A stretch of DNA of 64,000 nucleotides from positions 1,578,770 to 1,642,769 of the forward strand of contig JBNZDD010013677.1 in the NCBI GenBank assembly GCA_050575255.1, in the 5' to 3' direction. The notes beneath the pieces are model-generated. The model was given only the letters and a program-made list of their open reading frames with translations, searched no databases and was not told where the DNA came from. Positions 13,239 to 25,216 of this stretch are shown piece by piece (the first letter of the stretch is position 1; the number at the start of each line of letters is the position of its first letter). Source of the DNA: Harriotta raleighana. Taxonomy: Eukaryota. The translations under genes were made by a program, and so were the position numbers.

Positions 13239-16022
13239 AACTAATCCTGTCCATGTTTTAGCCTGAAAATTGATAATAATAATAATAATAATCCTTCCAT
13301 TTATATAGCACCTTATCACACCTTCAAGACGACTTCATAGAATATACTGGAAAGTGAACAATGCTAGGATTTGAAATGATCGATCAACAGTAAGTCTGGA
13401 ATCATTTAGCAGTTAATCAATGCATTGCACAGCCCCCTATACGAAGATGCATTGGGCTTGCGGAGTGATTATTATCGGGAATGTATCTCAACATCTGGGG
13501 TCAGTATTCTGCATCTGCAAATGTTCACTTAGGGGCATTTACAGATCCAAAAACCACTTTATTTTCATAGATGCTACAAACTCCACCACTTTCAAGAGGC
13601 AGATTGTTGCTGGAAGATCTTTCTTTTGTTCCAGTACACCAATGCTATCATGCAAAATGACAAGCACCTCAGCATATCAAAATGAGCCTGTCTGGGTGTC
13701 TTTATTCAAGCAGTGCCAATAAATAAGGCCATCTCACATTTATACGTGTCATCTTAGCTCAGTGCTAGCACTCTCGCCTCTGAGTCAGAAGGTTGTCGGG
13801 TCAAACCACATTTCAGGACTTGGAATCATTTAGTCTATTCCGCTAGAACTGATTATCGCCTATGACTTTATTCAACAAAAACAAACAACTTGCATTTATA
13901 GAGCGCTCAGCACAAAGGGTAGTATCTCGGAGCACTCCTTATGTAATTATATGACATTTCTTGGAATTTTCCACCCTATGATATGCAGTGTTAAAAGAAG
14001 ATACAGCGTAATTCACTATACATTTAGAAACTCAACCTCTAATTTGTGCTTATTTAATGCTGTAGATTCATCACCATCAGGTTCGGAGTTGAGGCTGTCC
14101 CTAACCTCAGTTCACACAGCACTGCTTCCAGGCAGCAGCCAGAGAAATCTCATCCAATCAATCACACAACCATAGAAACATTCCACATTGTGGGAAGCCA
14201 CTCAGCCCATTTTGTCTTCTTGGTGTTTGCTCCTCCTAGGAAGTTTTCCATTTTCACCCCAATTCCCTGCTGCCTCCAAGTTAGATTCGGAGGAAGATAC
14301 AGAGGTGAAAGGTCAATGTTTAAACCATTACAACACTCAGGTTAGCTTCCAACCCCATCACATATGACTTCATGTGACCTCCCATCACTTCTGATATCAA
14401 CACAATGAAACAGAATACTATAATATCTTTGCTGCCCTGGCAATTGAGCACACAACTGAAGAAAGAATTTGCATTTCCACAGTTCATGATGTCTAGCCAT
14501 CTCAAAGCACTTCACAGGTAAAGCATCATAATCTTTGCATTTGATATGGCGCCTTAACATGTCTTTGATACTGCTCCAAGGGCTTCACAGAGTATATTCC
14601 AAAGTGAATTGACTGTATATTTTGTGGGCTTAAGGCAGTAGCCAATTGTGCACAGCAGTGTCCCACAAACAGACTGTACCAAGATGTTTAGTGTTGCAAA
14701 GGGCAATTTCAGGACAGACACCAGGAAGTGTTCTTTTATTGAGAGAGTAATTAACGACAGGTTGCCAGGAAGGATGGTTGGGGCCAAGACAGTGGACTCA
14801 TTTAAATAACAGCTTGATGCTGTGATGGGAGGATAATAGGGTGGGTGTTCTGGATGGATGAGTCTTTTCAGATGGTCTGAAGGGTCTTATTCATCTGGAC
14901 TAATGAGGTGATTGTATTACCTCCAGTAGGGTGTGAGCTTCTCTCCAGGAATATCCGAATTGAGTCGGTTCTAGTGCAGACAGGTAGTTCTACAATATCC
15001 CAAGCAACAATGACAATGGAACAGACTGGATCATTAGCAGGTCTTGTCGTATCAAGAGCTTTGGAGGCTACAATTCTTCCCAATAGGAGAATTTGCAAGC
15101 CAAAGCTCTAAAAGCTAGTCAGCACAAGTTGCACAGTTATCCTGATGTATCCACCGTGGTCTGTTTAAGCGACTTGCCAACCTGTACCTAAACTCTCCAA
15201 GATCAGTTAGGCAGACTCACACTTCAAACCCAATAAATGGAAACAGTGCACGAGGATCTCTTAGCTTGGTGATGGTTTTTTTTTAGTGTGTGAGACACTT
15301 GGCGTCCCCGAACCACCTCTTCCGCAATCTGAAAGTGCCCCTCATCTGGAGATAATACGTGTACCAGAGAGATGTGTAATTGAGATTGCAGTTCACCTTA
15401 AAATTAATCCTGGAGTGCTGGGACGGGAGCATTGAGGAAACTCTTATGCTAAGGTAGGATACAAGTGTCTATGTGAGCAGATTTCAGAATACCCAGAGTA
15501 CTGAGCTCAGCAGAAGAATTTTTGGCAAATTAATTTTGTGTTTGTCGGATTGCACTTCTCATTTCTTCTTGATATTTGACATCAGCCAGCTCTGATTTTG
15601 TTTGGCTCGACACTTAATTGTGTGTTTCCTTGGTGTGCGCTTCATTGCGCTCCAGAAACAGCTGGGGACGAAAGAGAGCGAGAAAGGGAAATTCACCGTT
15701 TGCACATTTGAAAGGTTACCAGTTTTGGAAGTGGTGCGCCTGATTAGCTTGGCTTTTAAATGCCGATCCCATTCTGCCACCATTGCTTGTGAGAAACTTC
15801 AAGTCTTTTTGCACTGTGAACCGAACTCGGTAAATACTAAATCGATCATAAAATAAGTTTTTTATCTCCTTGTTAACCCAAATAGTCTGAAAATCTCACT
15901 GACTATTGTATAGGCCTACGTATCAACTCTCTTTTCTAACATTGTAAGGAATGTTTAAAATCCACCAGAAAGAGGCAGACAGGACCCTACTTCAATACTT
16001 TATCTAAAACATCACAGTTTTG

Positions 16023-16270
16023 TGGAATCCTGTAGCAGAGTGGTTAGCTTGCTCGTCTCGCACGTTAGAGGACTCTGGTTTGATTTCCAGACAGAATGAA
16101 ACCGTAGGAAAGTTTCCTTCTTAAACATGGCTTTGTTTTACCTACAGTTAGTGGGAAAGCGGTTGTTAGTTGATGAATGGAGCCCTTGTTGGGGGTAATA
16201 ATTCCTCCAAATAAATAAATTTTGTCACTGAATACACTCAATCCACAACTGTTTGTGGGAGACTGCTGAT
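16023..16270 (+). mobile_element. tRNA-derived SINE, long form, 3'-truncated
   Basis: gtggaatcctgtagcagagtggttag head; internal ttttacctacagttagtgggaa...gttgttagttga module; abuts an inverted short-form copy. Confidence 0.7.
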
Positions 16271-16532
16271 GTCTCAAAGACGTCTCAAAGCGCTTCACAG
16301 AATATACTGTAAAAGTGAATTGACTGTATATTTGTGGTCAAAACGCGGCAGCCAATTGCACACAGCAGTGTCCCACAAACAGTCATGGATTGAAATGCCC
16401 AATTTTTTTTGAGGGATTATTATTAGGCATGTGGAGTAAGCAAAGTTGCCGAAGGTTTTGCCCTGACCTGTCTGGATTCGAACACGGCTCTCACCCTTTT
16501 GAGGTGAGTGCTCTAACCATTGAGTTACAGTA
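16271..16532 (-). mobile_element. tRNA-derived SINE, short form
   Basis: Reverse-complement family match including ggattcgaac (B box). Confidence 0.88.
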
Positions 16533-17707
16533 ATAATTGGCTGTTGTGCTTTGACTACAGAATATACATTCAATTTACGTTACAGGATATTCTCTGAGGT
16601 GCCCTGAGACATTTCAAAGCAATATACTTGTAATACAATTCAAAATGACATTTGTAAAGCGCCTTTCAAGTTGGGAGGACTTCCCAAGGCGCTGGACAGA
16701 CAGTTAGGGATTTGGACTTGATAAGGCGCTATATCAAATGCAAAAAGATTATTATTACTTCCGACAATGTGGGGTTCCTCCGGTACTGGACTGGAGAGTC
16801 ATCCCAAATACCCAACCTGAGACAAGCTGACAGGGCTGGTTTGGTTGCTTTTCAGCCTCTTCACCAGCATTTTCCAGCATCAGCACAACAGCCAAGTGTT
16901 GTGGTCTGTCAGCCGGATCAGGGATTGCTGTGCAAGGAGTTCTCAACTAGCCTCATTGGCCTTGTGTGAAACTCTAGAAGAGGCAAAAGGGGGCTTGAGA
17001 GGTTGCTGAGTGCTGCTTGATCTAATCGTGATGCGTGTGATGTTGGGGAACTGTGAATAGCAGTGTACAATTGTCCCAACTCCTGTTTGTGCAGCGATTT
17101 GAACTTGTTCCAACAGCAAGCTAATTATCACAGGTCACAAAGTGTGCACTTTCCATGGGCTGTTTATCACATACAGCAATTTGCATCCACAATTGCGAAC
17201 TGTGATAATTAGCACATTGACTGGAATTTGCGGCCAACGTAATAGCTAAAAACATTGATTGGCCCCTGGGTGTGATCACACCACCTCCCCACATCCCCCC
17301 ACTCCCTTGCATTTGATGAAGTGACTTATCACATCAACATAATGTCTCAGAGCACTTCACAAGATTTACTGTAAATTGCAGTTACTCTACATTTTCAACC
17401 AAATGCAGCAACTAAGCACAGCCACAAATATACACAGCAACATCCCCCAAACAGCCAATGGAGTAAGTGACCAATTTTATCTCAGGGATTGTTGGTCAGG
17501 AAACTGGGAGAAGCTCCCTCCACTTTTCGTCCTGTGGGACCTTTAATAACCCCCATAAACACACAGATTGGAAGAGGAATTTATATCTGATCGGAAGGAC
17601 GGCACCTCTAGCCTTCCAGTAATGCTCCCACATCCACCCACACTCCCCTCCAGCTCGGAGCTTCAGCCAAGAGAATGATGTCAAAGTCCCACAATAATAA
17701 TAATACC

Positions 17708-18049
17708 ATAATAATAATCCTTGCATTTGATATAGTGCTTTTCATGTCTTCTAGATGTCTCAAAGCCCTTCACAGAATATATTGTGAAGTGAATTAACTA
17801 CATATTTATGGGCACAGCAGTGTCGCGCAACAACAACAACAACTTTGATTTATATAGCGCCCTCCACGCTGGATGGCGTCTCAGAGCGCTTAAACACTCA
17901 TGTTGTGGATTGAAATGACCAATTTTATTATTGTGGTTTTTTTTGAGGGATTATTATTAGGCGTGTGAAGTAAGGAAACTTGCCTGGATTCAAACACAGG
18001 TCTCTCGCTTCTAAAGCGAGTGCTCTAAACACTGAGCTACAGGACTCCA
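17708..18049 (-). mobile_element. tRNA-derived SINE with a nested ~65 bp L2-type tail (17829-17896)
   Basis: SINE body is interrupted by caacaacaacaactttgatttatatagcgccctccacgctggatggcgtctcagagcgctta. Confidence 0.85.
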
Positions 18050-20285
18050 TAAGTAGGGCTTGGAAGCAAAACGTCAGTGTCTTGCATTGGTCTTTTGTCT
18101 GTAGGGCAGCACCTCTGACAGCACCCTACTATAGTCCTGGAGTGTCAGCCTAGGCCGTGAGCTCACGCCCTGAATCCATAACCTCTCATAACCACAGGAA
18201 CCCTTTCGCCCACAAATATAGAGTCACTTCACTTTACAGTATATTCTGTGAAGCACTTTGAGACATCTAGAAGCTGTGAAAATTGCTATATTAAACACAA
18301 AGATTATTATTATTATTATAACGAGTACAAGTGCATGTTTTAGATAGTGAGATACCTGTTTTTGCAAAACCAGAGCTCAGAATGCCAGAGGCAAAGGACT
18401 GAGCTGGGTTTTGCCTGACAGTGCACAATTGTGTGTACGATTTGTAGAACTACCCAGTGTGAAGTTTATGTAATGAATCTGTAAATGAATTGTATGCATT
18501 TTATTCCCTAGTAGGTCACTGCTGGAAATCCCCAAACACCAGAGTGTGGGTGTGATATGCTGTGTGTGTGCCTCCAGCACTAGCCTTATTGTCTGTCCAC
18601 ACCACAATCACTTTCAACGGATATGTTTTCATAAAATATATGCTCCTCAATGAAGATTATCAGGAGTTAGTATTATGGTGAATCCTGTAATGTTCCCAAA
18701 CTGAGTTTAGTTGCCATAAACTATGACGCTCAAAGCTCTGATTAACTGCTCCTGTGGAACATATCCCACATCATCCCTCTCTGTACTCGATTCCTATCAA
18801 TGTCAGATTAATGGGCATGGCACATCATTCTTTGTTAAATGAGCAGTGAACATTGTTATTCATGAGGGAGATAGAGTACGTTATAGAATCACCAGTCCAT
18901 ACTTCCTGCGAGTACAACAACACTATACTACATTTATATAGTACCCTTCACGTGGGATAGCGTCTCAGAGCTGTTAATCGTTACTCTTGATACAGCACCT
19001 TTCGTGTTGGGGGCATGTCTCAAAGCGCTTCACGATTTCCACTATAAAATGTAGTGACTGTGTGTTTAATAGATAAGTGGATCTATTAAGATGGGCTCGG
19101 ATGCTCTCTTTATCAAATACCTTTACAACGCTGACAAAATGCAGTTTGTGATGTGATGTTTGTTACATCACCAAAAAGCACAAACTATCTTTATTTATCG
19201 ACGATTGACTTGGACACAGTGGTTTGTTCTGAGACCACTATCTTAGGCGGAGGCTAACATTGTCTCTCAGGCCTAAGGGACAATATTTGGTACAAGTCAG
19301 TGACTGTTCTGGTGGGGGGAAGGGAGGTCAGAAGCAAGATAGTTGCTGGCTTCGAAATAGCGACGTAGAGAACATCAGTGTGATCTCCTTGCTGAGTCGG
19401 ACCGAGCTGACCCGAGCATTAATATCCGACATTTTAAACTAAAGCTGACAAGTATCTAAAAATATTTAACGCTTACTATCTTGTAATTCCTGCGCTCTGT
19501 CTCGATGTGTCTGTTTCTCTCTTGCCCAGTCCATCTCTGCTTCTGTCTCAGTAACTCTACAACCCACATGTCCTCCCCCTCAGGGCAGTCTCTTGCCCTG
19601 AGAATTCCTTCGCAAATGACGTTCTTATATTTACCGGAAATAATGGCAAATTGTAAGCCGTTGCTATTCTTACACTGGCCTGTGTCGGAACGGAGCTGAG
19701 AAACATCATGATAAAATAATACAGCACAGAAACAGGTCACCCAGCTCATCAGAATCAGTGCAGATGATTAGATTAGTCACCTAATTGAGTGCCATCTTTC
19801 CCTTGCGCACTCTCCCACGCCCCTGAAAACACTTGGTCACTGCCCTGTATATCCTGCAAAGCCCTTTGAGACATCCTTCCTACATGAAAGACATTACATC
19901 AAATGCAAGGATTATTATTATTATTATTTTGACAAGCATCGCCGTAATTCTTTTTTACATAATCTATGAACTCTCCTCCCCCTATGGATTGTGTCTTGAG
20001 TATTCCACTCTTTGACCACTCGCTGTGGGAAAAGCATGTTTTCTGAAACTCCACTTTCATTCTCTTTGTGATTATTTTAAACTTACGTCCCTTACTTAGT
20101 AACTGGGTGACCAGTGGAAAGAATTCACTACCGTTTAGTCTATCGTCAAACCTTCAGAATCTTCAAGATGTTGATCTTGTCACTCTTATTCTCCTCGGCT
20201 CTAGCGAAAATGGCCTTGAAATATCAATTCTCTCTTCATTGCTGAAAACCCTTATCCTTGTTAACAACTGCTTTTAATCTATATC

Positions 20286-20564
20286 GTGGAGTTCCTGTAG
20301 CTGAGTGGTTAGCACACTTCGAATCCAGGCAGATCAGGGCAAAACCTTGTGCAAGTTTCCTTACTGCACATGCCTAATAATAATCCCTCCCAAAAAAAAC
20401 ACAATAATAAAATTGGTCATTTCAACCCACGACAGTGTGGGACACTGCTGTGAGCAATTGGCTGCCCACAAATTTACAGTCAATTCACTTTAGAGTATAT
20501 TCTGTGAAGCACTTTGATACCAATAAGATGTGAAAAGCGCTATATCAAATTCAAGGATTATTAT
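20286..20564 (+). mobile_element. tRNA-derived SINE, short form, with deletion in the head
   Basis: Family match; anticodon arm deleted. Confidence 0.88.
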
Positions 20565-20899
20565 AAATCGGAGTGAGAAAGAGAACATCATCAGTGAGTA
20601 TTCAGACACTGTCAGAGATGCTCACATGTTAATCAGTGAGAAGAGACCCAGAGACAAAAATTAGCAGCACAGCGCACACCTGACATCACCTGTGTGGAGG
20701 GAATACAACATTCCTTGTATTTTTAAGACTTGAGTTTTAAAGAGTTTTTCCTCTGTGTCTATTGTATCACTTTATACAATCCTCTATCAATGGGATTGAA
20801 CAAAGACCCCGACCCAAATCTGAGATTGGGCAGAATGACCAGTGCTGTTTCTGCTGGTGCAGAGAATTTGAGGGGTGGCAAGTTGAAGGTGTTAAAGTT

Positions 20900-22462
20900 T
20901 ATTAAAGGGACAAAAGGAACAGTGTCAGCATGGATCCAGCACTGGCTGGGGGACAGAGAGCAGAGAGTTGTGGTGAACGGTTGCTTTTCTAACTGGAGAG
21001 AAGTACAGTGGCGTCCCCAGGGATCAGTATTGGGACCACTGCTCTTTTTAATTGATTTAAATGATCTGGACATGGGTATAGGGAGTACAATTTCCAAGTT
21101 TGCAAATGACACAAAGTTAGGAAAAATAGTACAGTAAATAGTGAGGAGGATAGTAGCAGACTGCAAGAAGACATAGTCGGAATGGTAAAATGGGCAGAGA
21201 TATGACAGAAGATGTTTAATGTGGAGAAATGTGAGGTGATATATTTTGGGAGGAAGAATGAGAGAGGCAATATAGGCTAGATAGTACAATCTTAAGGCTG
21301 GATGAAGGAACAGGGAGACCTGGGGGTTCATGTAAGTAAATCTTTGAAGATTGCAGGACAGGTAGATAAGGCTGTTTAAAAAAAACGGGATACAGTATAA
21401 CCTTGTTTATCCGTGACTCGATGAACCAGAAAACTCATTCAACCGCCCATCTCAAAAAAAAAGTCTTGATTCAATGAACTGGAAGTTATCCAGCGAATAG
21501 TGATGACGCGATTAATGAATTGACTGTCACACACGAGTGCAGGTACTCGCAGCTGGCCGCTAGTAGGGTCTAAACTCGCTCCTGCTCCTTCTAAAAGTCA
21601 GGTTTTTTTCTCAGTCGGGTGAGGACTGCCATTGTGAAGTTAAGTATAAATAATAAAGTACTAATACAATATTCTGTTATTATTTGTCTATTATTAATAT
21701 GGTATGTGCTAAAATATTTTTTAATTTTAATTAAAAACATTTTTTTTAAAAATCTGTTCAACCGGAAAACCATTTAACTGCCACTGGCCAGGTCCCGTGG
21801 ATACCAGATAAACAAGGTTTACTGGACTAGGCTTTATAAATAGGGACATAGAGTACAAAAGTCAGGAAGTTCTGATTAACATGTATAAAACACTGGTTAG
21901 GCCTCAGCTAGAGTATTGTGTTCAATTCTGTGCACCATACTTTAGGAAGGATGTTAAGGCATTGGAAAGGGTGCAGAGGAGATTTACCAGGAAGGTACCA
22001 GGAATGAGGGACTTCAGTTATGAGGAAAGGCTAGATAGGCTAGGTTTATTCTTATTGAAGCAGAGAAGGTTATGAGGAGACCCTTATAGAGGTTTTCAAA
22101 ATCATGAAGGGATTTGATAACGTAGACAGGGAAAAACTGTTTCCACTGGTGGGTGTGTCAGTGACCTGAGGTCACAGATTTAAAATAGTTTCTAAAAGAA
22201 GTAGAGAGGGCTGACGAGAAATGTGTTTTCATGCAGCGAGTTGTTCGAATCTGGAATGCATTGCCTGAAAGGGTGGTAGAGGTCGATTCGATAACAACTT
22301 TTAAAAGAGAGGTGAATGGTTATTTGGGGAGGATAAATTTGCGGGGTTATGGGGAGAGAACTGGGGAGTGGGATTGACTTTGAATAGCTTTTTTCAAAGA
22401 GCCGGCAGAGACACAATGGGCCGAATGGCCTCCGTTTGTGTAGAAAAATTCTATGATTGTAT
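20900..22462 (+). mobile_element. 5'-truncated, decayed CR1 LINE (RT C-terminal half + 3' UTR)
   Basis: WIQHWLGDREQRVVVNG, PQGSVLGPLLFLI, SKFANDTKLG, YKTLVRPQLEYCVQF; stops and frameshifts; ends ...attctatgattgtatg. Confidence 0.93.
21393..21824 (+). mobile_element. Non-autonomous DNA transposon (MITE, Tc1/mariner Tigger/pogo-like) nested in CR1
   Basis: TIRs CAGTATAACCTTGTTTATCCG and CAGATAAACAAGGTTTACTG; left flank TA, right flank GA. Removing it restores CR1 AAC GGG ATA CTA GGC TTT ATA AAT AGG (NGILGFINR). Confidence 0.88.
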
Positions 22463-22879
22463 GAAGATAACAAAACGATTGAGAGGATAAATGACTTCAA
22501 GTTTTCCTGGTAACGTTAATTATCGTCTGTGTAAAGAAATATCCTCAGATGTCTATCTTGAACTTTACAACCTGTGTCCTCCTGTGATGGTGAATCTAAA
22601 TGAATAGTGTTGGGTTTACTTCCTCAATCACTTTTAGCATCACAAACAGTCAGTAAAATGCTCTCAGGGGTGTCTGTTGTTCAAGCTGAAGATCCTTGGT
22701 TTATCTAATTGTTGCTGATAGTGCATCACTGATAAACTATGAAACAGGCTTGCTGCTCTTCTGTCACTTGGCTCTAGCACCTGGGAAGCCCCCTTATCCC
22801 TTATGTTAAAGTGACCAATCCTCTAGGTGCAACCTGATCAGATCACTCTACCGCTACAGTATAATTTAGGGATCTGAGC

Positions 22880-23090
22880 TCACTGCTACAAGCCTATTCT
22901 GCTCCATCCGCTCAGGCTTCTCCACGTTCCCTGCCCGGCCTCTGTCACCAACGGCGTTTGGGCCTTCAGCTTCCCTGCCTCCACCTTTGTAACTCCATCC
23001 CACAGTGCCTTCAACTTGCTCCCTCCTTGCCTTCTTCAAAGCATGTCTCAAGACCCTCCTCTTTGAGCGCATCTTCAGTCACCCTTCCCT
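22880..23090 (+). mobile_element. L2 LINE 3' fragment
   Basis: gccttcagc...ccacctttgtaactccatccc...ttcaaagcatgtctcaagaccctcctcttt, homologous to 32025-32140. Confidence 0.7.
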
Positions 23091-23523
23091 GCACTCCCTG
23101 CCCTCCACTTCTTATTTGTGGTGTCATTGCAGCTTTGTTATGTAAGAATGACCCAGGTTTACCCTCCTGCTGCTTGTTTGTATTCCCTCCAGCAGTGCCA
23201 GGCCTTGTCTCTGACTCTCGACCATGAGGTGAAGCTCCAACACTTTAACTAGCGCTAGGCTGGCACCCAGTGAAACAAGGCTGTAAACAATAATAACTCT
23301 TAACAGACACCAGTGGAGAAAAAACACAGATTAGAAAAATGTTTTTTTTACACAGACAGTTTACTTAGTCATTGTCATTGCTTTACCCAAAACAGTGGTG
23401 GAAGCAGATTTCATAATAGGTTTTAAAAGCAAATTAGGTAGTTATTTGAAAATATAGAAAACTGTAAGATTATTAAGGGGTAAAACAGATTAGATTTGAC
23501 AGAGGCTGGGCTCGTTGGAGAAA

Positions 23524-23824
23524 CTAACCTGGGGTCACAGTCTTAAAATTAGGGGTCAGCCCTTTTGCACTGAGTTGAGTAAAAACTTCTTCACTCAGAG
23601 GGTAGTGAATTTATGGAATTCTCTATCCCAAAGGACTGTAGATGCTCAGTTGTTGAACATATTCAAGACTGAGATTGATAGATTTCTTGTGGATAAAGGG
23701 ATTAAGGGATATGGGGATAAGGCGGATAGGTGGAGTTAGAATAGATCAGCCGTGATCTTATTGAATGGTGAGGCAGGCTCAAGAGGCCGAATAGCCTACT
23801 CCTGCTCCTATTTCTTATGTTCTC
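23524..23824 (+). mobile_element. CR1 3' end fragment
   Basis: GHSLKIRGQPFCTELSKNFFTQRVVNLWNSL...FKTEIDRFL; tail cctgctcctatttcttatgttct. Confidence 0.9.
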
Positions 23825-24959
23825 TTAAAAGGGAAACATATAAAAAGGCGTAGGAGAAAACTGGAATAAATATTAAAAGAGAAAGAGAAAAGCTTGATGT
23901 TCCAAACTCCCTCAATCTGTGCTGAAAAATTCTACAAGGCTTTGTGTGAGAGAATGAGATTACAATTGCCTTCTGTAATAACAGATCGCAGAGAACACTG
24001 CCAAATTCAACATGAAAACTTTGTGGGGCTACCTAATACTGTACCTGGCTCCTGTTCATTGACAGAACTCTGTCCTGAATTTTGTTGAAGCCCCATTTCT
24101 GCCTGTTTAGGTGAATGTCAAAGACCCATAACACTTCAAACAGAAAAAAGGGGGTTTTATTTTATCCCTGTGTCCTGACCAATAATCCCACAAATAAAAC
24201 TTGTGTTTCACTTCATGGCTGTTTGGGGGATATTACTGTGTGCAAATTGGCTGCTGTGTTTACCAGCAAACGCCGGCAACTCTGGCAGTCGAGAATTGAA
24301 TTGCAGTCTAGACCATGGCCTAAACTCTAGACAAGGGACTTGGACCCACAGCCTATTGACCTGAAGGCAAAAATGCAACTAACTAAGATAGGCATCTAAG
24401 CAGCTGATGTGGCTCAGTGAATGCAAGTAATACATTGCCAAGAATTGATGTGACTGGAATCAGTGAGAGGCTCACAGTCACGGGATCTATTTATAAACCA
24501 GTTGTTCCAGGTGTTCTATATTTAGAGGCAAGAACTCTGCATATTATTGACCTTAGTGTCTTGATTTAATATGTTTTTGCTATATTCTGCTCACGTGACA
24601 TCCTCTCCATGGAGGAAATAAGACCCAGTGCAATGCACAAGCACTTCTGTTAATAGAATTTGCTGTCATTTTGCAATTGGACTTATCCTACCAGAAACAC
24701 AATCTGATTTTAGACAACAATCTATAACAATATGTTGATAGAATAATACAACTTTGGTGCAGAAATACACGTGGCTGCACATTAACCTGTATCTGTATGA
24801 TTCATGCTCACCTCGATAGTATGCTGATGATTGTGGAAGCAAAGTCCAGCCCAAGTGTGAACAACTCATTGAAACTTCTGAAATACACGTGGAAAAATGT
24901 AAAATTTGTTTCCCTAAAAAGGTTTCAAAAGTAGATTGAGCTTTCAGTTTGGATAGAAC

Positions 24960-25195
24960 AGTGAGACGTTAAACAGAGTCTGCCTGTTCATGTGGACGTT
25001 AAAGATCCCAAGGCACTATTTGAAAGAGAGAAGGGAGTTTCTCCCAGTGTTCCAGCCAACAAGCCCCCAAATAAAATTGGTCATTCATTTTCTGGCTGTT
25101 TGTGGAACATTGCTGTGTGCAACTAGGCTGCTGTGTTCCGTCAAACTATACAGTTATTACCTTTCACAGTAAAGCCTGTGAAGTGCTTTGAGATT
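24960..25195 (+). mobile_element. Old DeuSINE core
   Basis: gagacgttaaacagag...gtggacgttaaagatcccaaggcactatttgaaagagagaagggagtttctcccagtg. Confidence 0.75.
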
Positions 25196-25216
25196 ATCTT
25201 TTGGTTATCTGTCCAC

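Noticed and set aside
20730-22075. Functional or domesticated reverse transcriptase
   Set aside because: Stops, frameshifts, a MITE insertion, and the catalytic motif reads FANDT rather than FADDT.
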